The notes under the pieces: model-generated
The model's input: the letters and a program-made list of their open reading frames with translations, nothing else
The model's database searches: none
What the model was told of the DNA's origin: nothing
Program-made: the position numbers and the translations under genes
Origin: Candidatus Omnitrophota bacterium
GTDB taxonomy: Bacteria; Omnitrophota; Gorgyraeia; Zapsychrales; Zapsychraceae
Direction of reading: 5' to 3'
Length of the DNA stretch: 64,000 nucleotides
NCBI GenBank assembly: GCA_050250375.1
Contig: JBFWOS010000003.1
Location: forward strand, 559,286-623,285
In this document: piece by piece, positions 42,301 to 54,300 of the stretch
Numbering within the stretch: position 1 is the stretch's first letter
How the letters are laid out: the number at the start of each line of letters is the position of its first letter

Positions 42301-45300
42301 TGCGGACGAACCGAAGTAATTTCAACTGGCGTTCAAATTCGGCCAATACGGCTTGTTTGTCCGCATCGGATTCATCGACAAACCGTTTGATCGCTTTAAA
42401 TTGATAATCAAAGTCATAAATGGCTTCGACCTTTTCCCGTTCCCCGGCCGGAACGAACTGCATGACTTTATCATGATTTTCTTCATACCCTTTCACTTCG
42501 ATTCTCAAGTCGAGGTCTGAACCCGGGACATATTCACGGCGGGCATAACTTCCGTGGGCCATGAAGGTCACATCCCCGTCATCGCCGAATCGTTCAACCG
42601 TATAACGGTTCAATTGAATGACGATATGGTCCAGCCGGCGGGTGGTCAGGTCAGTCTTAACCTGGATCGGCAGCCGCGCGTGGTCAACCCAGATATAGTT
42701 AAATTCATATTCCCATTGTTTCTTTAAAATCTGTGCTGTTTGTTTGATCGCCTCATTGTCATCGCCGATTGCACTTAAACGAATATCGAGCGTGGTTTTG
42801 ATTCTTTCCAACCGTTCGTTCAAACGCTCTTCCAATTCTTTGACCTGCGCGGCAACTTCTTCTTCGGTGAGATTAGACTGTTCGGATTCTTCGTCTTTCT
42901 TTTTACGGAACATGAACGGCCATAACATGGCGAGTACATACGGATTGTTGGTGGTGGAAGACATGACCGTTGACGGATCCGCGCCCATCAGATAAATGGT
43001 GACGATGGCCGCTAAGACAAACGCCATGATGATAAAACTGATAAAGCCGTTTTGTTTCAGCATTTTTGCCAACTTTTTAATGCGTGAATTTTGTTTTTTG
43101 TTGCTGCCTGCAAAGAAGTATTCATCCGTATCGATCTTTGCCTTGAGGTCGTTGTGTTCCTGTTTGGCCAGGTGGGCGATCACTAAACGGTAAATGATGA
43201 ACGACTGGATCAGATCATTCTTATCAAAGAAGTTTGTATTCAGAACGATTGTGTTTCGGTCAAAGTCGATGGCGAATAAATGTCCGTTTGAATAGATCGA
43301 TGAATCCGTCAAAATAAAGGTGATTTCGCGAGGCAGATCAAATTCCGGCGGTCCGCGCGTCATCAGATCCCCGATGACATCGTTGATTTTCGCCAGGAGG
43401 ATCTCTTCGCGTTGGCTGGCCGGTTCTGATGATGTTTTTTCGTAACGGTTTTCAACCAGCCTGACTTTAAATTCGACGCTCAGGTCTGCGACCACTTGAT
43501 CCATGGTTACGTCATCGGTTTTATGACCTTCTTCACCCTTAACGCCTCTCAGCCATTGTTTGACAAAGTCGAAGAACGATGTGAATACAATCACATTATG
43601 GTTGGCCTTTTCAATAATCTTGAATTCGAATCCAAACTTGTCCGCAAAGGCTTTATTTGTTTCAACAGGCGTGACCATGTCTTGCTGGCCGACAGTGACC
43701 AGGACTTTAATACCGTTTTGCCCGATATTTTCCGCCAAGGCAATTGATTCATCCGCGTCAATTTCCAGATGGCGGTATAACCACAATGTCTCAAATCGCT
43801 GACGGAAGCTGCGTTCAGCCACGTTGGCGTGTTCGATCAGTTTATTGTATAGGTATGAATTAACTCTTAGGAATTGGACCACTTTTCTGAATCCGAGTTC
43901 CCTGAAGAAGGCCTGCATACGGACCAGGGCTTTATTCGGCAGGATGTGAAGCATCATGACCCCCCATAAAATCGGACGGAACATGGAAATTTGTCTGTAC
44001 GGCAGTGACGCGAACACAACACTGTTGATATGGCTGATCGCATCGGAAAGAATGTTCTTGAACCGGAATGACTGCAGCGTGTAGCGGTTGGTCAAAAGCG
44101 CCAGCAGGATCCGTCCGCCGAACGAATGGGCCACGATATCCATTTTATGTGTCCTGACTGAACCGGTTGTTTCATAAACATTTAAATTCACTTGTTTAAG
44201 CAGGGATTTGATCTGCCGTTTCAGCCAGGAAGATTCCTCTTCTTCAACGATTTCAAATCCGTTTTGGGCAAAATGGTTGATGACCCAGGCCAGGAATACT
44301 GTTGACCGGGCGACAATGTGGTCAATCTCAAGAATATTTCTCAGGACAACTTTTTCCTGGATGGTTAATTCCTGACCGCCGATGCTTCCGGTTTCCAGCA
44401 GTCCGCGGATAATCTTGTCGGATCTCCAGTGCTGGATAATGACGATAGTGCGCTGCGGATACAGCCTCTTCAATTCTTCCATGTTAAACGTGAGCGTATC
44501 AACGACACCATGAAGGAACAGGATCGGGCTGCCGCCGGCCTTATGGACCTGGAAGGCGTACGGCACATCGATGGTGTTGTCTGAATATGAATTGTATTGT
44601 TCTTCCTGGGTTGGCACATCTTCCACATAAGTATCCGTATGATGCCGTCCGTTACCATTGCGTCTCAGTCGGGATAAGCGTGAACCGTTACCTTTATAAG
44701 CCTCGATGACTTTTGTCAGGGCTGCCCTGGCGCCGGCCGGTCCGTGTTCCGGCAAGACAATAACGTCTTGCGGCATGCCGGCGTAAATCTTCGGTCCGAC
44801 CATAACGCGGGTGGCTTTCGGCAGGGCCGCGAACATCGGATGATCCAGTTCGCTGTCTCCGATAACCAGAATGTCTTCTTCATTAATTCGAAGATGATCC
44901 AGCAGATCGCGTACCGCGCGTCCTTTATCGGCCCGGGATACGTGCAGAGCGACGGATGACACCAGAACGTTCAGGCTGCTGAACCTTTCGTCAGCGGCCA
45001 GACGGCGACGGATGCTATCGGCCAAATGTGTGCGGAATTCAACTGTTGTATTTTCCAGCCACAACTTCAGATCAAGGGTCTGTCCTTCGAACATGACACG
45101 GTCCAGAGGCATATCATCCGGCAGAGTTCTGAGCCGCTGTCTGGCCAGATTATATTCGTAGCCGATAATGCCCATAACTTCTTCGATTTCATCATCGGTA
45201 GAAGCCAGGATATCCAGATAAATCGGAATATCGTAATCGATCTGGCCTTGACGGTTGAACCGGTAACCAATTCCGCCGTTGGCGGTATACATATATTGCA

Positions 45301-48300
45301 GGGCCATGGCTTCGGTCGTCAATCGGTCGCTGAACCTGGCTTTGGCGCGGGTGATTGTTTTGCCGGTTACCGCGGCCACCTGAACGCCAAATTGACGAAG
45401 CTGTTCGACGATTTGCACCGATTCATTGTCAAACGCGGTCTGATCATCTTCCGCGTTTCCGTGAAGCAGGGAATCATCCAGGTCGGTAATGACCAGCTTG
45501 AATTTCTTCTTCAGGCGGCGGTCGATTTCGTCGGAAGCGGCCTTCGCTTTTTGGTACTTGGATAATTCAGCGCTGTAAAGCTGTCGCAACGTTTGTTCAA
45601 TGGCTTGTGCGTAATCCACGGATACCAGATAACGTAAGGTCGCCACGGAACGGATGATCTTGCCGTCAATGTTGGCCATAACGTTCACTTCGTATTCATC
45701 TGCGACATCAACCAGTCCGCCGATATCGATCAACACAACTTTATCATCAATGATGCCGTGATTAACGAATGAAGGATCCTGGTTAATATAACCGTATCTC
45801 CTCAGCTCTTCCTGCAGGGTGATCCATTTTTGGACAAATGTGTCGATTTCGTCAAACCGTTTTTCCTTGGCCAGCAACTGTAATTTTCGGGCAAGCGTCA
45901 TTTCAACTTGTTGTTCCGCGGTCGAAACAGTGACCTTCCACGGCCAGCCGCGGACCCGAATGGTCTGCTGTCTGAACTCGTATTCAGCCGGGATAATACC
46001 TGTATCAGCCAGATTATTTTCTATGGTCCGTTCCCGTTCAAAAATCTTGTAGGCGTCTTTTTCTTCCCGGTCGATCACTTTGGCCAGGCGTGGGATTAAT
46101 CTCAGGACTCTTGTTGGGGTGACGATCAGGATCATAAACGCGACCGCCCGAATGATTCTTCTCGCCACTTGTCTGACCTTCATGGATAACGAATCCGGAC
46201 TGAATGTGTTAGCATCCACAATAATCCTGTCGTCTGACAAGAGCATTCCCCTTAATCGGAAAATGACCCATTCGGTTAAGCGGATGGCGAGCTGTTCATT
46301 GAATGACCGGAATCGTTTGATGACATACGTGCCGTTGCCGTAAACCACTTTTTCCCAGCCGGCGCCGATTCGTTTCAACGGTTTTTTCTTGAGTTCTTCA
46401 ACATCTTCTTCCGGCAAGAAGATCAGCCCTGAGGCGGCTAATGTAAGTTCTCCTGAACCATTGTTTAACAATTGGTCGGCCAGCCCGGCCAGACCCAGGA
46501 TGATCATGGCCTTCGGCGTTCCGCGCAACTTGGCGATCAGGCTTACGATAAATAAATATATTCTTAAGTACGCCGGTGGTGCCCGTAATTGAACGACTGC
46601 GTCTCTTTCGCGGACATACTGAACTTCGTTCGCCGGCCCGTAGAGCATGAAGATTGCATCCATGCCGGTGTACCTTCCGTTTTCAATCACGCCGACATTC
46701 CACTTGACGGCCCCGTTGTGTTCATGGAATCCCTGGGCTGAGGCAGGACTATAGGTGGCCAGGTATTGTATGCCTTCCCGTTCGGTTTGGTCGCGTTGAG
46801 CGAGGACTAACCCTTTGGCCAGTCCTTTGACCGGTTTTCCGTTGATCAAATAATAATCTTTTCTTTCTTTCGAGACTGTCCTGGCATCCGGCGCCCCGAG
46901 GGCAAAATTGAACCGCGCGTTAGCCGGCACATCAACGCTTCCACTCAAGGTGAACTTATTGGTCAGGCGATTGACGGATTTGAACATGCCGGAACGGATT
47001 TTCTTTGTCTGGATATGTTTGATCATGCGCGGTGATAAATATTTATCCACACTCCAGATCAACGCGCCGATAAAGTTTCGTTTTGTTTCCTTATCGATAA
47101 TTTGGGCAACAACGATGCCCTTGTTGTTATTTCTGATTGCGCTGCGTAATTGTTTCATCGTGACGGTTTCTTGCGGGGTAGTCATCCACGCGTCGTTGTG
47201 AACCTGGGTTAACTCCGCAGCTTCCGCGGTATAAGCCCAGCGATAAATCACATAGGCATCTTCACGTTCGTCAATATTGAAGAAAATCAATTCTTTGGCC
47301 GGGATGCGTCTGGCATCGCCGAATTTTTGTTCGACAAACCGCTCTAACGCAACCGGGATCACATTTCGGCGGACATAAAGCATCGGCATTTCAGTTCCGG
47401 TCTTGAGATGTTCGACCCGGGCTCTGTTGTATTGCTGGATGACTTTATCCCATGATCCCTTAATAACCTTACGGTCGACAAACATTTTCGCCAGCAGTCC
47501 GGCCAGCGCACCGCCGATAAGCGTTATGAACAATTCAATGCCGTCAAAACTGTCTCTGGCCGTTTCGGTGACACCGGATATTTCTTGAGCTTGAGCTTCG
47601 CCACCCATAAATCCGAAGGCTGTCAATGCCGCCGCGGATATACCCACGATGAACAACAGAGTGGACAACGTGGTAAACCCGCCTTCTCCCCGGTCTTTCT
47701 TCGGCCCGTCGCGCGGTTGCTGCGGTTCATGCTGATCGGTGGCCGGGGCTTCGGCGTCTTTCCTGACCGCGTTGCCCTGATCGGTCACGCTTCCTGGATT
47801 GAGTTCTTCCTGGAGCCGGATGTACAAATGCAGATATTCATTGATACTGCGGGTCCAGTCGTTATTGATTGACATTCCGTTTTCAATTAACGTTCTCCAG
47901 ATAGACGGTGCAAACTTATATGTTCCCCAGGCGCGTTCGATCGCATGGTGTAATTGATTTTTATTTTCCCCTCGGGCGATCTCATTGCCTTCTCTGTCGA
48001 GCATCCTTGACAGCCCCTTGAACACAAACCCGTTTGGTTTTGATCCGCCTTCAAACACGGTATCCGCCAGGCCGCCGGTCAGACGGACGATCGGGATCAC
48101 TCCATAACGCAAGGCGAGCATTTGAGTCAGGCCGCTCGGTTCATAATCAGACGGAACAAGCAGGACATCGGCGGCTGAATAAATATGCTGGGCGATCTCG
48201 TCCACAAATCCCTGCAGATAAACGATGGATATATTAATATTTTTCTTGCGGGCGTCTTCGGCCAGCTGGGCAAACCGTTGTTCCAATTTTGAATCGCCTG

Positions 48301-51300
48301 AACCGCCGACGATAATATCGATATCCAGCGCTTTCATCCGGCCGGCGTACATATCATCCACCATATCGGCCAGGATATCGAGCTGCTTTTGTTCAACAAG
48401 GCGGGACACGACGCCCACCAGCAGACGATCGCTGCCAGGAGTCAGGTACCCGTGTTTGGTTACTTTATCTTTCGTGACTTCCTTCACGTCACGGCCTTCC
48501 GCGAGCATTTCCTGAAGATGCTGTTTGTTTTGTGCGCGGGCTTCAAGGACGGCATCAATACCCTGCTCGATGGAATAATTCTTGAAGAACACTTTGTTGG
48601 TTGACGGATCATTCAATCTGAAGTGAATACCGTTTAATATACCCTTGAACCGTTCGCCTAATGTCTTGAGCAATGTCAACCCGCTGAATAATGTGTCGAT
48701 GACTTCTTTCAGATAACCGCGGCTGACCGTATTCACGGCATTACCCAGGGCGCTGATCTTAGTGAATGTTTGCGGGACAATACCCATCATATTGATCCGG
48801 CTTCTGTGGACGACAAGCTCCCTGACGGCCGGAAACTCTTCTAATCCGAGTTCAGGATACAAGGCCTGCGGATAAGATCCCTGGTAACCGATGTTGTGGA
48901 TCGTAAACAGATTTCCGGTGCGTTCAAAATGTTCTTTATGGATCGTACGCATGTAGAGCGACACCAGGGCTGTATGGTGATCATGGGTGTGGACAATCGC
49001 CGGTTTCAACCCGATATGTTTCATTAACTCCAAAGAGCCCCGGGATAACAGGATTGATTCATAGAAGCCGGTGCGTTCGGTCTTATAGGCTGAATCAAAG
49101 AATTCCGTCGAGTCGGCATCCAGCATGTAGACCGTGATGCCTTCAACGGTCAATTTCTTAGCCGTCAGGACGACATTTTCGTTTTCCTTGAATGGTACTT
49201 CAAAGGCGAAACCTTCGACGTCTTCGGCCCCGGCATAAGCCGGATTTACGGCCAGTTGTTTGAAGTAAGGAATGATGACCACCAGATCGTGTCCGATTTC
49301 GGCCAGGGCTTTAGGCAGTTCGTACATAACATCTCCCTGTCCGCCCTTCTTGACCAGCGGCCCGAATTCCATGGCGACCAGAGCAACTGTGCCTTTGAAG
49401 TTTTGTTGAATGGTCACACGGCCGTTTCCGTAACTGACGTCTGCCCATTCGCGTGAACCGTCTTCGTTTTCAAGGACAAACGTGTATTCGAAATTACGTT
49501 CGACGATTACCTTAACGGTGTAGTGGGCGCGGGACTCGGTGTTTTCAATAAAGGTCACCGGATGGGTATAATCTTTCCATTCTCCGTCCATATTGGAATG
49601 AAGGATAACACGGCGGGTTCCCGTTTCATCTCTGCGGTTAGCGGCAACTTCCAGTGTAACTTCTTGCCCCACTTCAACCGTCCTGAAGGCATTCACAATC
49701 TGACCTCCGGTGGTTGACCTTAAGGCCGCGATGAATTCACGTGTCCCGCGGTACATGACAACACCCAGCGGCGGAACAGTAATTTCGATGGAGTCGGCAC
49801 GGCCGTTTGAGGCGACCGGCTGTGTATTGTGTTTGTCTCTGTCAACGACATCGCTGCCGCCGTACTTGACTGAATCACTGTTAAAGACCGGTTCCCAAAG
49901 GCCGGCAAACGGCACACCTACGCGGTAATCCTGATAAACAACCGGTGTAAAGTTGGCGACAACCAGAACGACTTCATTCGGGTTTTCACTCCTGCGGATA
50001 AAGCTGAGAACCCCGCGTTCCGCGTCGTCAAAGTTGATGGCTTCGAACCCTTCCCGGCTAAAATCAAAACGGTGCAGGTTGCGGTCGTTCTTGTAAAGCC
50101 GGTTGAGGTCGCGGACCAGGGTTTGAATGCCCTGGTGCAGCGGATACTCAAGCAGATGCCATTCGAGGTCACGGTCCGGATTCCATTCCGCGGTCTGGGC
50201 CAAATCAGCGCCCATAAACAATAACTTCTTGCCAGGTGTGGCGAACATCAGCGCGTACAACAGTCTCAAGTTGGCAAAACGCTGCCATTCATCGCCCGGC
50301 ATCTTGCCGATCAGCGAACCTTTACCATGGACGACTTCGTCATGGGCCAGGGCCAGCATGAACCGTTCCGTAAATGCGTACATGCTGTAGAACGTGATGT
50401 CGTTATGGTGGAATCGTCGGTGGATCGGTTGACGGCTGAAATACTTGAGCGTATCATTCATCCAGCCCATGGCCCACTTAATGTCAAATCCAAGGGCCTT
50501 ATCACCGGACTCTATCGGCGCGGTTACACCCGGCCAATCAGTTGATTCTTCGGCGATGGTTATGATTTCCGGATATACCTGATGAGCGGTGGTGTTGAGT
50601 TGACGGATGAATCGTACCGCCTCAAGGTTTTCATTTCCGCCGTAAATGTTCGGAATCCATTGTCCTGGTTGCCGGCCGTAATTCAGATACAGCATGGATG
50701 ATACGGCATCCACGCGGATACCATCGATGTGATATTCACGCATCCAGTACATGGCGTTGCTCAACAGGAAGCTGATCACTTCGTGACGGCCGTAATTAAA
50801 GATCAACGTACCCCAATCCGGATGGTCGCTTTGGATCGGCAATTCATGAGAATAGAGTTCTGTACCGTCGAAGCGGACCAGTCCGTGCAGGTCGCGCGGG
50901 AAGTGGGCCGGGACCCAGTCGAAGAAGACACCGAAGCCGGCCTGATGCAGCTGATCGATCAAATACTTCAGATCTTCCGGCGTCCCGTATCGTGATGTCG
51001 GCGAGAAGTAATTGCTGACTTGGTAACCCCAGGACGGATAATAACTGTGCTCATAAGGAGGCAAGAACTGGACGTGGGTAAATTCCGTTTCTTGTAAATG
51101 CTTGATCAGTTCAGGAGCGAGTTCGCGATAGGTTAACGGGGCCCTTTCGCCTTCTTCTGTCGTCTTGTTCCTGAACGACCCTAAATGGAGTTCAAAAACG
51201 CTGATCGGAGCTGAACTGGCGTTTGACTGAGCCCTTCGTTCCATCCACTTGCGGTCATGCCATCGGTATTTACCTGTATCCGAGACGATGGATGATGTCC

Positions 51301-54300
51301 GGTCCGCATTGTCGCCGGTCGGGAATTCGCTTGCGAAGGCATACGGATCGGCCTTGATCCTGACCACTTTGTCCCGCCCGATAATGCGGAATTTGTAAAG
51401 GGCGCCTTCGGTGACCCGCGGCACATATATCGACCAGACGCCGGTTGATGGATCAAATCTCATGCGGCCGCCTCTGTGCTTCCAGCCGTTGAAATCACCG
51501 ATGACAGAAACGGAGCGCGCATTCGGCGCCCAGACGGCGAAGTAGGTCCCGTAGACGGTATGTTCCGTCTTGACCAGGTGAGCGCCGAGCTTATCATAAA
51601 TCTGGCTATGCGCGCCTTGCTGAACGAATAACAGTTTATCGAGGTCTCCGAACTGCAGGCCTTGCATAATCTTTAGAACGCGGGCTGATTCTTCATCCAG
51701 CTGAATGTGACCTTGTTCGACGGCCGCAGATATTTCGCTGACGGCTTCCGGACGGCTGGCGTACGTCAGAAGGCTGTCCTGAATATAATTATTCAGATAA
51801 TGTTCTTCACGGGCGCTGTTTTGTTCATGCGTCAGATCAAATTCAGCCAGGGCGCCGACTTCATGGATCAAACTGGCCGCCATCTGATTGACGGTCAGGT
51901 ATCCGAGTTCTTCATATTCCGCCGCGTTGGACAGGACGATGTATTCCTCACCGTCATAAACGTAAACAGCAGCGAGGATTCCCGTCACCGGACCGGCGCG
52001 AAGGAGTCCGGCACGGGCCATGGTTCTCAGGCGCTGGGCCATGGCTTTATAACCGTTTGCGCGCAGGTATCGATGGGCGGCGATTACGGCCGGATGATTG
52101 ATGGCCACCATTTCCAGCCGTTTGATATCTTTATCTCGTGATTGTTCAGTGGCGGTTTTAAGGAATGCGAACGCCTCTGGTGTCAACGCTTCAGCCGTTA
52201 CTCTCCATGTCCAGTTGTTTTCAACCGTACCGGGTTTATTCATCCGGGCTTCTTCATCCAGGCCGAGAATATCTTGTAACGGAACGATGGCGAGACGTGA
52301 TTTTGAATCGACAGCCATCTGGACAAAACGTTCATGAATATCTTCTTCTATATTTTCTTCCGCGAGATGTTCCGTTATTTCACGTTTCTGTTCAGCAGTA
52401 GCTTCGCGGGTATACCAGCCTACGGTGGTATTATTATCATGAGTACCGGTGTAGACCACAGAATTTTCAACGTGATTGTCCGGATGGTAACGATGATCTC
52501 CTTCAAACCCGAACTGAAGAACGTTCATGCCTGACAATTCAAATTGTTTAAGCAGGACCGTCACGTCCTCTGTAATAATCCCCAGGTCTTCAGCGATGAA
52601 CGGCAGCGATGGGAATTGTTCGCTCAGATGGCTGAAAAAGTCGGCGCCCGGCCCAGGCACCCATTCGCCAGCCAGGGCGTTTTCGGCCTTGGCCGGGATG
52701 GACCAGTAGCCGGCAAATCCGCGGAAATGATCCAGGCGGACCAGGTCGAAATAATTCAACTGCTGCTGCAGACGCATGGTCCACCAGTCGTAGTTATTTT
52801 CCTTGAGCGCATCCCAAAGGTAAACCGGGTTGCCCCAAACCTGGCCAGTGGCACTGAAGGCATCTGCCGGCGCGCCGGCGACATGAAGCGGCTGGTTGTC
52901 TTTGCCCAGATCGAAATATTCTCGGTGGGCCCAGACATCGGCGCTGTCATGGCTGACATAGATCGGCGCGTCTCCGATAAACCGGACGCCTTTCTCAGCG
53001 GCGTACGCTTTCAAGGCCCGGAATTGTTTGTAGAGCATAAACTGCACAAACATAATCTCTTCAACAGCGGCCTTATGTTGTTCCCGGTAATTGGCCAGGA
53101 TCGTTTCGTTTCTGTCTCTTAATGAATCGGTCCATTCATACCAGGCTTGCCCGTTGTTATTTTCTTTCAGGACCATGAACAACGCGTAATCTTGTAACCA
53201 ATAATTATTGTTGAACATAAAGAGTTCAAATTCACTGTTGCCGTTCTTGGCCTTGAAGCGTTCATAGGCCAGTTTGAGCAGGCCTCCCTTGAAGGCAGCA
53301 ACGGTGTTGTAATCGACCTTGGTTTCATCCGTTGTTTCAAAGGCGGCCGCTTCTTCGGCGGTCAGCAATCCTTCGGCGACCAATTTCTCGATGCTGATCA
53401 TCAGAGGATTCAAGGCGAAGGCTGAATCGCTCAGGTACGGTGAATTTAATGTTGAAACCGCGGTCGGCGTCAACGGCAGCATCTGCCAGTAACGCTGCTT
53501 GGCTCCGGCGAGAAGATCGACAAACGCGTAAGCAGCCGGTCCGAAATCACCGATGCCGTGGCGTGAAGGCAATGAGGTTACGGACAGCAGGACCCCGCTT
53601 TCTCTCGGCTGGATGATCCGTTCGACTTCGAAACGGACTGATTGTTGATCCGGCATTTCTTCTCCCGACACCGGCCGCGCAGGATCTTTGGCGGCGACGG
53701 TTTCGAATGTTCTGACCAGATATTCGAACGGACGAAGCGTGATTGTTTCTTGAGCGGTAAACGCGCTTTGCTGGCCGTTCTCAACATTGGTCCACACGCC
53801 CTGGGCATTACTTTGGCCAGAATTCCACTCTTCCGCCCAGAGGTGAAGGGTGAATTGACGGGTTTCACCGGAATAGTTGGCGATGACCAGCGCCTGTTCC
53901 TGGGCGAGGCTGCGTTGATAGGCGATCACGCCCTTCGGCAAGTCTCCGGTATGAACCGCATTTGTGTCACCTTTGCGCCATAACGCTGATTTCGTTTTAT
54001 TTAACCAGGTATCATAAAATTCCTTCTGTTCTTGATCATACGGCTCGGCTTCATGGTTTTGGGTAACATAGGTTGCGTTCGGTTTTTCGTTTGAACGGCC
54101 GCGGCGCTGGCCGGCGTTGATCATCACCATACCCGGCATGGTCATCATCAGGACAGCGGCTGCTCTTTGTTGTTCACGGTTCAATATCCTGGCGACGCGC
54201 TCGGACGGATCATCATGGTTTTCCAAGAAATGGACGGTGCGCGTTAAATATTCATTTGATGTGCGTTGCCGGTTGGTCAGGTAATCTCTTAATTCTTCAA

